DNA of 64,000 nt. It comes from an uncultured Phycisphaerales bacterium (GTDB lineage: Bacteria > Planctomycetota > Phycisphaerae > Tepidisphaerales > Tepidisphaeraceae). A program made the position numbers and the translations under genes. The DNA is taken from assembly GCA_963844715.1 (NCBI GenBank), contig CAWJPJ010000006.1, forward strand, positions 896,001 to 960,000. Direction: 5' to 3'. Under the pieces are notes generated by a model, which ran no database searches, had not been told where the DNA came from, and saw only the letters and a program-made list of their open reading frames with translations. Each line of letters opens with the position of its first letter. Within the stretch, counting starts at the first letter, position 1. Positions 45,882 to 56,721 of the stretch are shown one piece after another.

Positions 45882-48800
45882 ATGGCCTCGCCGGCGTTTG
45901 TTCATCTCCATTGTCACACCCATTACTCGCTGCTTGACGGCGCTTGCAAGATTCCCAATCTCGTGAAGCGAGCCAAGGAACTGGGGATGGACAGCCTGGC
46001 GATCACGGATCACGGATGCCTCTTCGGCGTAATCGAATTCTTTACCGAGTGCAAAAAGGAAGGCATCCGCCCGATTTTGGGGATGGAAGCCTATATGGCG
46101 CCCGGCGACCGGCGCGACCGGACTTCCGCCGGGCCGGGCGGCTCCGATGCGGCTTATCATCTCCTGCTCCTCTGCCAGAACATCGAGGGATACCGAAATC
46201 TGCTCAAGCTCTCGACCACGGCTTATCGCGACGGGTTTTACTACCGGCCGCGAATCGACAAGGAAGTTTTGCGCGAATTGAACGGCGGGTTGATCTGCAC
46301 GAGCGCGTGCCTCGGCGGGGAAATTCCGTCGGCACTTTTGCATCGCGACGCCAAATCGGCGCGGAAAATCGCCGAAACTTATCTCGATATTTTCGGGCCC
46401 GAGCGATTTTTCATCGAGGTGCAAAACCAGGGGATCGCCGAGCAGAATATCGTCAATCCGGAACTGGCGGAGATCGCCAAAAAACTGGGTGTCGGGCTGG
46501 TGGCGACCAATGACGTGCATTTCCTCAACCGCGACGATCACCACGCCCACGACGTTCTCTGCTGCATCAGCATGGGGAGGCTGGTCACTGACGAGGGGCG
46601 GCTGAAATACCCCGAGCACCTTTACCTGAAAAGCCCGCAGGAAATGCAGGAATCGCTCGGCGGATTCGACCAGGCCATCGAAAATACCGTCGCTATCGCG
46701 CGGCGCTGCGATGTGGCGCTGGAATTCGGGAAAAAACACGCGCCGGTTTACAAAGTTCCCAAGGAAGCGATTAAGTCGAAATCCGGCGGGGACATGCCGG
46801 ATGACGCCCGATATCTGCGCCAGCTTTGCGAAGAGGGATTGTCCTGGAGATACGGCAAAAGGGAAATCTCGCCGGAGATTCGCTCCCGGCTCGATTACGA
46901 ACTAGAGGTGATCACAAGCAAAAACTTCTGCTCCTATTTTTTGATCGTTTGGGATTTCTGCAATTTTGCGCGCAGCAGGGAATTCCGGTCGGCGCTCGCG
47001 GCAGCGGCGTCGGGACGATGGTGGGATATTTGCTTGGCTTGTGCAACGTCGATCCGCTTCGCTATGGATTGCTCTTCGAGCGATTCATGGACCCGAACCG
47101 AAACGAGATGCCGGATATCGATATCGATATCTGCCAGGAAGGACGAGGCAAAATCATCGAATATGTGCGGCAGAAATACGGACACGTCGCCCAGATCATC
47201 ACCTTCGGCACGCTTGCCGCGGCGCGGTTTGCAAGGATGTCGGCCGGGTATTGGGCGTGCCGCTGGCGATCACGGATAAGCTCACCAAGCAGATTCCCGC
47301 GGCCGTGGGGATGACGCTTCAGAAGGCGCTCGATCAATCGCCGGAATTGGCCGCGATGGTCGAGTCGGACCCGCAAGTCAAGAATATCGTCGAGATCGGG
47401 CAGCGCCTCGAAGGCCTATGCCGCAACGCGGGGATGCACGCGGCGGGCGTGGTGATCGCGGATCAGCCGCTGGAGAATTTCGTCCCGCTTTACAAGGCGG
47501 GCGACGACATTCTCACCCAATTCGAAGGGCCGATTGTCGAAAAAGTCGGCCTGCTCAAGATGGATTTCCTTGGGCTGCGCACGCTCACAGTTTTGCAGCG
47601 ATCGATCGAACTGGTGAAGAAGATCAAGGGGATCGACATCGACATCGAGGCGATCGATCAAAGCGACAAGAACGTTCTGGCCCTGTTTTGCCGAGGGGAA
47701 ACGAAAGGCGTGTTCCAATTTGAGTCCGGCGGAATGCAGGATTTGCTGATGAAGATGCAGCCGGATCGGCTGGAGGATTTGATCGCCGCCAACGCGCTCT
47801 ATCGCCCCGGACCGATGGAGCTCATCCCGCTTTATTGCAATCGCAAGCACGGGCGCGAAAAAGTCCCGCAAGTCCACCCGATCATGGACCGCATCCTTTC
47901 CGAGACCTACGGGATCATGGTCTACCAGGAACAGGTGATGCAAATCTTCAATCAGCTCGGCGGCATCGAACTCAGCGATGCTTACAAGCTGATCAAAGCC
48001 ATCAGCAAAAAGACCAGCGATGTGATCGCCAAGTATCGGCCGGACTTCATCAAGGGCGCCAAGGCGAAGGGGATCGCGCAGGAACAGGCCGAGGACATTT
48101 TCGAGCTGATCCTTAAATTCGGCGGGTATGGATTCAACAAAAGCCACTCGACGCGCTACGCCATCATCGCCTTCCAGACGGCGTTTATGAAGACCTATCA
48201 CCCGCTGGAATACATGGCCGCCCTGCTCACGTTCGAAATGGGCTCGACGGACAAGATGGTCGAGTACATCGAGGAATGCAAGAGGATGACCGTGGACGGG
48301 CATCGCGGGATTCGCGTTTTGCCGCCGGACGTCAATGATTCCGATCAGGATTTCACGCCGGTTTATATCGAAGCCGCCGGGAAGAAGCGCAAGGCCGCGA
48401 GCAAGACCGGAGTGATCCGATTCGGACTGGTCGCGGTTCGCGGCATCGGCGAAAAAGCCGCCGAGGCGATCATCGAACAGCGCCGTGCCAAGGGGCAGTT
48501 CCTCAGCATTTACGATTTCTGCGAGCGCGTGGATATGCGCCAGGTGACGCGATCGACCACCGAAGCGCTCATCAAATGCGGCGCATTTTCATCAACCGGA
48601 GCCAGGCGTTCGCAATTGCTGTCCGTGTTGGATCGTGCCGTCGAAATGGGTCAGCAGATGCAGCAGGATCAGCGGTCGGGGCAGTTGAATATCTTCGGCG
48701 AGGCGAGCCCCGCCGGTGCCACTGCCGGGCGGGGAGGATCGCTGCCCGATGTTCCGGAAATCCCCAGCGCGGAATTGCTGAAATTCGAAAAAGACTTGCT

Positions 48801-49536
48801 GGGATTTTACGTGACGAGCCACCCCCTGGCGGAACATCAGATGGCGCTTTCGAATTACGCGACGGCGACCACGCGCGAGGTTCAGAAAATGGCCGAGGGA
48901 TCGGAAGTCGTTGTCGGCGGCTTGATTTCGCGCGTGAAGCGCACGGTAACCAAACAGGGCCGGTCGGCGGGGAAGCCGATGGCGATCTTGACCCTGGAAG
49001 ATTTGGAAGGGCAAATCGACGCGACGCTCTTCGCCGAAACTTTGGCTCAGACCACGGAAAAATATCCGGACGCGGTCGCCGTCGAGCAGATCGTTTTTCT
49101 CAAAGGCAAGGTCGATCGGCGACGGGAGACGCCGGGAATTCTGGTCAACGAGCTTTTGCCAGTGGACGACGCGATTTCGCGGCTGACCAGCGACGTGAAG
49201 GTGCAGATCGACGTCGCGGATTCGGCGACGATCATCGCCGATTTGAAGCCGGTGCTGGCACGGCATCGGGGGCGGGTCAAGACGTTTTTGCAAGTCCCCG
49301 CCTCGGGGGTCAAGAAGGCACTGATCCGCCTCGATGAGCAATGGTATCTTCGCCCTACGCGGGCGATGGTGGACGAATTGCAGGCGGCGTTAGGCTCGCG
49401 CGGAAAAGTTGAACTTGCCGGCGAAGGAACGCGCCGGCTCAAACGATTGCAGCAGCAGCAACTTTTCCAAAACGCCGCGGTCGAATCGGAGCCGCCGAGC
49501 GATGTGCCGGCGGATGTTGTGGAACAGGAAGTGTAG
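45882..49536 (+). CDS. dnaE: DNA polymerase III alpha subunit (frameshifts near 46975 and 47220)
   Basis: FVHLHCHTHYSLLDG (PHP), ARGSG, MPDIDID, GLLKMDFLGLRTL, YGFNKSH, OB fold. Confidence 0.95.
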
Positions 49537-49555
49537 CGCGACTAGGATGGACCCT

Positions 49556-50056
49556 ATGCCGATGAGCAATCCCTTTGACATCCTCCTCGCCCACGACAAA
49601 TGGGCGACAGGCCAGATCATCAATGCGTGCGTTCCGCTCAGCCCCGAGCAATTTCATCGCAAATTCGAGATGGGTCCGGGGTCGCTGCACAATACGACAC
49701 TCCACGTGCTCTCCGCGATGCGATTATGGACGGATGTGCTCAACGAGCGCGAAATCCGGCCCCATTTCGATCCCAATGCCTCGCCCCAAACGCCCGAGGC
49801 CCAACTGAAGCTGCTGGACGAAATCGCCGATAATTTTGCCGCGACGGCACGTAATTTCCCGTTGGATGGCCTGATAAAACGCGAGCGAGGCGGAAAGATG
49901 TACACTTTCGCCCGCGGCGCGGTAGTCACGCATGTCACCACCCACGGGATGCACCACCGCGCTCAATGCCTGAATATGCTTCGCCATGTCGGAGTGACTC
50001 CCCTACCGCCCAGCAGCGTGATCGAGTGGGTGCGCCTCGTGGATGCCCCCCAATAA
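49556..50056 (+). CDS. DinB family protein
   Basis: SLHNTTLHV, HVTTHGMHHRAQ; start uncertain (49547-49562). Confidence 0.88.
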   Translation: MPMSNPFDILLAHDKWATGQIINACVPLSPEQFHRKFEMGPGSLHNTTLHVLSAMRLWTDVLNEREIRPHFDPNASPQTPEAQLKLLDEIADNFAATARNFPLDGLIKRERGGKMYTFARGAVVTHVTTHGMHHRAQCLNMLRHVGVTPLPPSSVIEWVRLVDAPQ

Positions 50057-50070
50057 ATTCGCCGAACGGC

Positions 50071-51342
50071 ATGCAAACCAGCGACTCATCTCTGACGTGT
50101 CGTCGCGTTGCCAATCTTTATTTCGCCATCACGGCATTCAAGCTGCTGCTGATTCTCGTCGCCGCCGGCGCGGGAAGATTCAAGCCATTCCTTGGGGATA
50201 ACGCCAAGACATTGTATCTGCCTATTGCCCAGAGGATTCTGGAAGAGCAGCGCTTCAACGGCCCCGACAGCCGGGCCGACAGCAAGGTGCCGATCGGTTA
50301 TCCGGCGTTTCTTGCCGGATGCGAATGGCTCGTGGGAGAGAAGTATTTCCTCACGCTCGCCTGCTGTTTGCAGGTGACCGCCGACCTGGCGGTGGCCGGA
50401 TTGCTCTTTTCCATTGGATGCCGGGTTTGCAACCCACGCGCCGCCGCGCTGGCGGGAGTCATCTGGCTGGTTTTCCCCCCCGCGGTGCTAATTTCCACCT
50501 GGATCACAGCCGAAAATCTCTTCACGCTTCTGCTCATCGCAAGTATCGCGATTCTTCTCGCGTCGGTTTCTCGTTCCGGGCCGTGGCGCACGTTTGGCTC
50601 GGGGCTTATGCTCGGCGTGGCGACTCTTTTTCGAGGGACAACCATCCTGCTGCCGGTATTTCTGTTCCCTCTATGGCTTTGGCGCCGAGTTTCGCACGGT
50701 TGGTTAAAGGGTCTGGCGCTCGTCGCGGGACTGGCGATCGTCATCTTCCCGTGGATGCTCAGAAATCGAGTCGCCTTACATGACCCGATCCCCGTGGCAA
50801 CCGGGTTTGGCAGCGCGTTTCTCCAGGGCTCCGATTCCAAATTCTTCACCATCTCCGGCAAGGACGAAAATTACCCCGAAGCCTTCGCCCAGGCGGCGGA
50901 AGACGGCCTTCCCAAGCCTCCGGACACCGCTTTGGAATCCGTAAAAGATCGCTGGCAGTTCAAAGTCGGGCTCGATCAATATCGACTGAGATTGCGCCAG
51001 CGCCCCGCCTCGTTCGTCGTGCTGGCGATCCAAAAAGCCTTGCGCGTCTGGTATGGAACGGAGTCGGGAAAACTCTGGCAGGAATTCATCCAGGCGGTTA
51101 TCTCGCTTTGCGTGGTGCCGTTGGGGCTGTGGAGAATTTTCGCCTGGCGGAAATCAAATCCGATGGCCGCCGCGTTCATCGGCGGGACCATCCTCTACTT
51201 CTTCCTTCTGCATTGGGTGACGCTGCCGGAGTATCGCTACGTCCATCCGGTCACGCCGCTGTTGGTGCTGGGAATGGCTGAGGCGGTCGAATCATTTTCT
51301 TGTTGCTGCCGACGAAGCCATGCCGACCATACCACGCGATGA
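50071..51342 (+). CDS. ArnT/PMT (GT39-like) membrane glycosyltransferase
   Basis: PIGYP, TAENLF, TLFR, PWMLRN, RYVHP; many TMs. Confidence 0.75.
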   Translation: MQTSDSSLTCRRVANLYFAITAFKLLLILVAAGAGRFKPFLGDNAKTLYLPIAQRILEEQRFNGPDSRADSKVPIGYPAFLAGCEWLVGEKYFLTLACCLQVTADLAVAGLLFSIGCRVCNPRAAALAGVIWLVFPPAVLISTWITAENLFTLLLIASIAILLASVSRSGPWRTFGSGLMLGVATLFRGTTILLPVFLFPLWLWRRVSHGWLKGLALVAGLAIVIFPWMLRNRVALHDPIPVATGFGSAFLQGSDSKFFTISGKDENYPEAFAQAAEDGLPKPPDTALESVKDRWQFKVGLDQYRLRLRQRPASFVVLAIQKALRVWYGTESGKLWQEFIQAVISLCVVPLGLWRIFAWRKSNPMAAAFIGGTILYFFLLHWVTLPEYRYVHPVTPLLVLGMAEAVESFSCCCRRSHADHTTR

Positions 51343-51679
51343 GATGATCGCGCTGGAGGGGATAAGGCTTGCGGCCGAAGGGGAGGGTCTTTAGAACCAG
51401 TTCCACTGCGTGCTCGTCGGCAAGACCGCAGACGGTTCGCAGAATATGCGTTCCATTTCCCTGGCCCGGCTGAAGCGTCCAGAGCCGATGGATCACAACT
51501 TGCCTGCCCGATTGAATGATGAACTGCACCCAGCCGCGGCATTTCCCTTGCGTACACGGAAAAGCGTAAGCCCCCCCGCCGACGGGCGGCGCGACTTTCG
51601 ACAGCCCCGCGATGAATTTTCCGACATTCTCAGGATGCGGAGCGGGAGTCTTCCTGCTTAGGAATCGGAACAGGGACAT
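51251..51679 (-). CDS. GNAT-like acetyltransferase fold protein
   Basis: QPGQGNGT acetyl-CoA-loop-like motif and WYGRHGF; 3-prime end overlaps the convergent gene. Confidence 0.55.
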   Translation of the reverse strand: MSLFRFLSRKTPAPHPENVGKFIAGLSKVAPPVGGGAYAFPCTQGKCRGWVQFIIQSGRQVVIHRLWTLQPGQGNGTHILRTVCGLADEHAVELVLKTLPFGRKPYPLQRDHLIAWYGRHGFVGSNKKMIRPPQPFPAPTAA

Positions 51680-51790
51680 TGAGCACCGGGGAAAAACAAC
51701 GATCAATCTGGGAGGGAACGCCCGCTAGCCAGAGACGGGCGCCGCGGCGACGCTGTGGCTGTCGCCGCCGCGGACCCGTCCCACATCATA

Positions 51791-51807
51791 TGGCAAAGCC
51801 AATGCCA
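51791..51807. promoter_or_regulatory. Palindromic site matching sigma54 -24/-12 on both strands
   Basis: + TGGCAA-AGCCA-ATGC; - TGGCAT-TGGCT-TTGC. Confidence 0.4.
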
Positions 51808-52145
51808 TGGAATTGGCGGCTCAAACCGCATTTATTAGGTCAGAAATGAGGTTTAGGTGCGCGGAGTTGCGCCGATTCATGCAGACTTGCCGGACTGGCA
51901 TTGCAAAATTGCAAGACCAACCAGTCACCGGCACCGGCATCCGATCCCGGGAGGAGGAGGGCTTTCGTGAGAAATGCGAGCAGAGAAGCGACCGCCAATG
52001 TGATCGCGAGTTTGTAATTCCTGGCTCAAATCATCCTCGCTCGTTTCTGGCCGCGCGGCGAATTTTATAGTCGGCGCGCCCAAAGTAACCAGAGTCACAG
52101 CGCGTCGATCCGAGGAGGTGAGCGAGACCGATCACACCAACCTAG

Positions 52146-53031
52146 GGCCTGTCTGATGAATCGCTTTTGGTTATAAATAGCGGTTTTCAGACGAGGTGTC
52201 ACGGATGCGACGTTATGAGCTCACGGATGAGCAGTACGAGTTGATCGGCGATCTGCTGCCCGGCAACGGCAAGCGCGGCGGGCAGTGGAACGACCACCGC
52301 ACCACGCTCAACGGCATGTTCTGGATTCTGCACTCGGGCGCTCAATGGCGCGAGATGCCCGAACGTTACGGCAGATGGCAAAGCGTCTACGACCGCTTCA
52401 ACCGCTGGAGAAAGGACGGAACGATTGATCGAATCCTCCAGCGGCTGCAGATGAGGTTGGACAAGCAAGGACGAATCGACTGGGACCTGTGGTGCATCGA
52501 CGGCACCAATGTGCGAGCCAGTCGATCCGCCGCCGGAGCCAGAAAATCAAAACCGCCCCGGAAGAACCGGCGGATCACGCGTTGGGCCGCAGCCGAGGCG
52601 GGTGGGGCAGCAAGCTCCACCTGGTTACTGACGGCCAGGGAGTTCCGCTCGCCGTCGAGGCCATGCGCCGGCCAATGCCACGAGAGCCGGTACGTGGAGC
52701 CGGTGATGAACGCGATGCGCATCGGTCGCCGCCGTCGTCGCCCCAGGAGGCTGGCGGGCGACAAGGGATACAGTTACGGAAATGTGCGGCGATGGCTGCG
52801 TCGCCACCGAATCCAAGCGGTGATCCCGGCGAAATCGAATCAGCCGCCGCAGGAGAACTTTGATCGCAAGGCGTATCGCCGACGGAACGTGGTGGAGCGT
52901 TGCGTGAATTGGATGAAGGAGAATCGCCGCCTGGGCACGCGTTACGAGAAACTGGCGGTGAACTTTCAGGCCATGGCCAAGCTCGCCATGATCCGTCGCT
53001 ATTTCAGGATTTTGGATTCATCAGACAGGCC
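52146..53031 (+). mobile_element. IS5-family insertion sequence (IS427-like), about 886 bp
   Basis: 17-bp perfect TIRs ggcctgtctgatgaatc; flanked by CTAG on both sides. Confidence 0.92.
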
Positions 53032-53035
53032 CTAG
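52196..53035 (+). CDS. IS5-family transposase (middle segment in an alternate frame)
   Basis: LTDEQY, WILHSGAQWREMPERYG, IDGT, ALGRSRGGWGSKLHL (alternate frame), GDKGY, YRRRNVVER, RYEK. Confidence 0.88.
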   Translation: MSRMRRYELTDEQYELIGDLLPGNGKRGGQWNDHRTTLNGMFWILHSGAQWREMPERYGRWQSVYDRFNRWRKDGTIDRILQRLQMRLDKQGRIDWDLWCIDGTNVRASRSAAGARKSKPPRKNRRITRWAAAEAGGAASSTWLLTAREFRSPSRPCAGQCHESRYVEPVMNAMRIGRRRRRPRRLAGDKGYSYGNVRRWLRRHRIQAVIPAKSNQPPQENFDRKAYRRRNVVERCVNWMKENRRLGTRYEKLAVNFQAMAKLAMIRRYFRILDSSDRP

Positions 53036-53100
53036 GGGAATACTCTGATTTTTCCGGCGAAATTAAGTGAACATATATTTCGTGACGAGTTAACCAATAC

Positions 53101-54462
53101 ATGCGCACTCAACCCATTCCCAAAAATAGCGAAGCGAAGTTCCATATCGACGAACTATTCTTTTCCACGACGGATCCCAAGGGCATCATCCTGGCGGGAA
53201 ACGATGTGTTCGTGCGGGTCAGCGGGTATTCGAGCGAGGAACTCGTCGGAAGCCCGCATAACATCATCCGGCACCCGGATATGCCGCGCGCGGCGTTTTG
53301 GCTCGTGTGGGATTATCTGCTCAAGGGCAAGAGCGTCGCGGCATACGTGAAGAACATGTCCGCCGATGGTTCTTACTATTGGGTGCTGGCGGCGATGGCG
53401 CCGATCAAAGGCGGATTCCTATCCATTCGCATGAAGCCCTCGACGCCGATGCTGGCAAAAATCGAGGGGCTCTATCAGCAGTTGCATGAAATCGAAAGCA
53501 AGGCCAAAGGCCCTGGCGATGCGCGAGCGGCCGCGCTGGAGGAGTCCAAGGCGGCGCTCATGGCCGCGCTCACGACCCTGGGATATGAATCGTACGATGT
53601 GCTCATGGGAGAAATGCTGCTTGCGGAAGTGAAGGCCCGGAAAGAGGCGATGGCGCAAATCCGGCATCTGACCGATTCCCACGCCGTCGCGTCCGACTCG
53701 GCGCGAGCCGAGGAGCTGAGGGGCCTTCAGGAACAGTGCGCCTTTCTGGGCAAGCAAGTCACCGATTTGTTCAAGAGCCTGGGATCGTTCATGACCCTGG
53801 AAAAGGAGCTGGGGGAAACGATTAAGTTCATTCAGCAATTGAGCCGGCGGCTGCGATTGCTGGCGCTGAATTCGCAGATCCAGGCGATGGGACTGGCCGT
53901 CGAGGGCCGCCCGCTGCAGGTGATCGCCGACCAGATGAGTTCCTGCACCGGCGGCGTCATCAATTCGGCGATGGACATCTGCAAGCACATGATGGACGTG
54001 AACAAGGTCCTGAAGAGCGCGGCCGCCCAGATCGCCACCAGCGACCTGAGCGTGGAAATGATGGCCAAATTCCTGGACGAAATGACGCGCTCCAAAGGGG
54101 ACCAAAACTCCAACATTCGCCGCGAGATCGCGCAATTGGCGGAGGTGGCGGCGAACAATCTCGATACAACGCTGACTCTGGTCCGCTCGTCGGCGGAAAA
54201 CGTCGATGTGCTGCGACGGCGCCTGGAAGTCCTCCTCCGCGAGATTCGGACCCTGGAAATCCTGCGCGTCTCCGCCAAGGCGGAGATCGCCCAGTGCAAG
54301 AATTCCGTCAGCGTCTCGACGATTTTTGAGAACCTTTACGCCCAGACACGCGAGGCGCGGAACAAGATCACGTTCCTGGTCGATCTGGTCGCGGCGGCGC
54401 GGATCGAAGTGCCGGATGCCGGCGCGATCAAAGCAAGCGTGTCGCAGCTTCTGGCGGCTTGA
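53101..54462 (+). CDS. Soluble Aer-like PAS sensor with degenerate chemoreceptor-type coiled coil
   Basis: FSTTDPKGII..ND.F..SGYS.EELVGSPHNIIRHPDMP (Aer PAS); RLLALNSQIQA; no TM. Confidence 0.8.
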   Translation: MRTQPIPKNSEAKFHIDELFFSTTDPKGIILAGNDVFVRVSGYSSEELVGSPHNIIRHPDMPRAAFWLVWDYLLKGKSVAAYVKNMSADGSYYWVLAAMAPIKGGFLSIRMKPSTPMLAKIEGLYQQLHEIESKAKGPGDARAAALEESKAALMAALTTLGYESYDVLMGEMLLAEVKARKEAMAQIRHLTDSHAVASDSARAEELRGLQEQCAFLGKQVTDLFKSLGSFMTLEKELGETIKFIQQLSRRLRLLALNSQIQAMGLAVEGRPLQVIADQMSSCTGGVINSAMDICKHMMDVNKVLKSAAAQIATSDLSVEMMAKFLDEMTRSKGDQNSNIRREIAQLAEVAANNLDTTLTLVRSSAENVDVLRRRLEVLLREIRTLEILRVSAKAEIAQCKNSVSVSTIFENLYAQTREARNKITFLVDLVAAARIEVPDAGAIKASVSQLLAA

Positions 54463-54735
54463 GCGGGGACCACAGATTCACAATCTTATTTCCCCAATAA
54501 TTCCCGCTTAAATTTCGCGGCGAGCCATTCGGCGTTTCCGCGATCATGGATCGCCCCGCAAATTTTTGTGCGGCCACAATCCGGTTACCGAACGTAGCTC
54601 CCACCGCGCCGGACAACGAGGAATCTTTTATCTTGATTGGAACTGGGTTCATTGCCCGGGCAATATTCTATCTGAAATTTATGGCTTGTCGCCTGTTGCG
54701 CCGACCGCTTAACATGGGAATTAAAGGAGGCCGGC

Positions 54736-55210
54736 ATGCAAAAGATCACCCCATTTCTGTGGTTTAACGGCCAAGCCGAAGAAGCGGCGAATTTTTATAC
54801 TTCGATTTTTAAGAATTCCAAGATTGTGAAAGTGGTGCGCGTACGGGGAGGCCGGGCCGGGGAGGAAGGGGGAGGTGATGCTGGTCGAGTTTGAGCTTGA
54901 GGGGCAGGACTTCAAAGCGCTTAACGGCGGGCCGCAATTAAATTTCACGCCCGCGATTTCATTGATGGTCGACTGTGTCGACCAGAAGGAGGTGGACGAT
55001 CTTTGGGAGAAACTCACCGCTGGCGGAAAGGAAATAGAGTGCGGGTGGTTGACGGATAAATACGGCCTGTCCTGGCAAATCGTACCGAGGGCCTTGATGC
55101 AAATGATCCAGGACAAAGACGAAAAAAAATCCCAGAGCGCCATGAAGGCGATGATGAAGATGGTAAAGATCGATGTGAAGAAAATAAAAGAGGCGTACGA
55201 CAACGCCTGA
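54736..55210 (+). CDS. VOC/PhnB-like protein (frameshift near 54840)
   Basis: [51 protein letters not shown]. Confidence 0.88.
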
Positions 55211-55215
55211 CGAGC

Positions 55216-55728
55216 CTACGGCTCGATCCGCACCGGCTGATTGAATTTCTTGCCTAAAGCATTCAGATAATCGTCGATAGTTTTGGTGTGGCCGATGATG
55301 AATTGGCTGACGAAGCGGAAGATAGGGTTGGTCACGTCCCCCTCTTCCGTAATTCGGCACGTGCAGCCGGCGCTCGTCGGAGCGAGTTCCCACGTCCAGG
55401 TCCCGGAAAACGGTAGATTCTTGTCGGCGATTTGCGAGCGATAAAGCCGCGGCGGGTCCGAGGCGACTTCCTCAAACGTGATGGCTCGATGCCCGGATTG
55501 CTCGCGCCACATGCGATGGCCGTTTTGCGGCGCAAGCTCGGTGGACGCTACGCCGCGCCAATCCTGCGGACCCGTGATGGCGGCGAAGATAACCTCCGGC
55601 GGCTGACTGAAGCTCGCCATGCGCGTCGCCCGATGGGATTTAGGAAGCATCAGGCCGATCAGGGCGACGACCGCGATTAACGCGACCAGGCCGGCGCCGA
55701 CAAACAGGATCCATTTCATGGATTTCAT
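55216..55728 (-). CDS. SRPBCC/polyketide cyclase-like protein
   Basis: N-terminal TM, LPKSH.ATR, PFSGTWTWEL, ITEEG.VTNPIFRF. Confidence 0.75.
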   Translation of the reverse strand: MKSMKWILFVGAGLVALIAVVALIGLMLPKSHRATRMASFSQPPEVIFAAITGPQDWRGVASTELAPQNGHRMWREQSGHRAITFEEVASDPPRLYRSQIADKNLPFSGTWTWELAPTSAGCTCRITEEGDVTNPIFRFVSQFIIGHTKTIDDYLNALGKKFNQPVRIEP

Positions 55729-56198
55729 CCTTGTTTTCGAGCGTCGTGGGATTTTCCGGACGCCATCATTTCGCCCGCCGCCCGCGCGAGGATGCGCAGG
55801 CCGGTCATCGCAACCTCGCGGTCTTGCTCAGGCATGCGCCGCAGCATCAATTCCACCCGGCGAGGGTCCAGAACCTTTTGCCGTCGCTTGATGCGAAGCC
55901 CGGATCGAGTCAGGCGAAGATTGACCCGCCGCGCATCGAGCGAATCGCGGCTCCGACGCACGTAGCCATGGCGCTCCAGGCGATCGACCATCAGCGACAT
56001 GCTGGAAGGCGTGATCCCCATGTGCCCGGCCAGCTCGTGCAAATGCGTCGGCTCGATCGGATCGAGGTGATCCAACACGGAGGCCTGGTGCGAACTGATG
56101 AGCCGTTTGGAGGACTGGTCGCGCACATGGCGCACATGGCAGGCAAAGAAAATCCGTGGGTAGCAGTCGAGCACCGTCTGAACCGCCGCGCGAATCAT
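55725..56198 (-). CDS. MarR family transcriptional regulator
   Basis: ELAGHMGITPSSMSLMVDRLERHGYVRR..D.RRV.LRLT. Confidence 0.9.
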   Translation of the reverse strand: MIRAAVQTVLDCYPRIFFACHVRHVRDQSSKRLISSHQASVLDHLDPIEPTHLHELAGHMGITPSSMSLMVDRLERHGYVRRSRDSLDARRVNLRLTRSGLRIKRRQKVLDPRRVELMLRRMPEQDREVAMTGLRILARAAGEMMASGKSHDARKQG

Positions 56199-56221
56199 GG
56201 GAAATAACCTATTTCAATTAC

Positions 56222-56240
56222 TTTGATTTGTCAAATCAAA
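56222..56240. promoter_or_regulatory. Palindrome upstream of marR (candidate operator)
   Basis: tttgatttg-t-caaatcaaa. Confidence 0.45.
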
Positions 56241-56625
56241 TTAATATGGGCGTCGCATGGGAAGAGAATGGGGCATCTTTACACGGGTCCGGTCACAGGC
56301 GGTTCCGCCTGGGGGGGCCTGGCATCAGAAATGAACTTCGCAAGGCACCGAACGTTTTCAAAAACCAGCGTCTGGGGCGCGAAATGCAAAAATGCGATTT
56401 TTGGCTTGATTTTTTCATTTTTTGTGAAACAATTCATCCTCGTTCGACGTTATGTCGATGGAGAAACCTATGCGGCAGCGATATCAAATTAATATGTTCG
56501 GTACACCAGCCAAACGAGTCGGATCATCCGAACTCGATTGGGCGATACTATAACTCCCCCGCCGCGTCGGCCGGGAGTTCTTCCCGGCTGAAAGTAATCG
56601 TTACATTCAATTCCGGGAAGAATTT

Positions 56626-56698
56626 GGGCCTGTAGCTCAGCGGCCAGAGTGCTTGCTCGACACGCAAGAGGTCCGTGGTTCGATTCCACGCCGGCCCA
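56626..56698 (+). tRNA. tRNA-Val(GAC)
   Basis: CTTGC TC-GAC-AC GCAAG; cloverleaf; no CCA. Confidence 0.85.
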
Positions 56699-56721
56699 CT
56701 CTCGGTTCGCGCCGCATTCGG

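Noticed and set aside
45882..49536. Split dnaE or split intein
   Set aside because: No intein motifs seen; the pieces join by simple frame changes around the ARGSG and MPDIDID region
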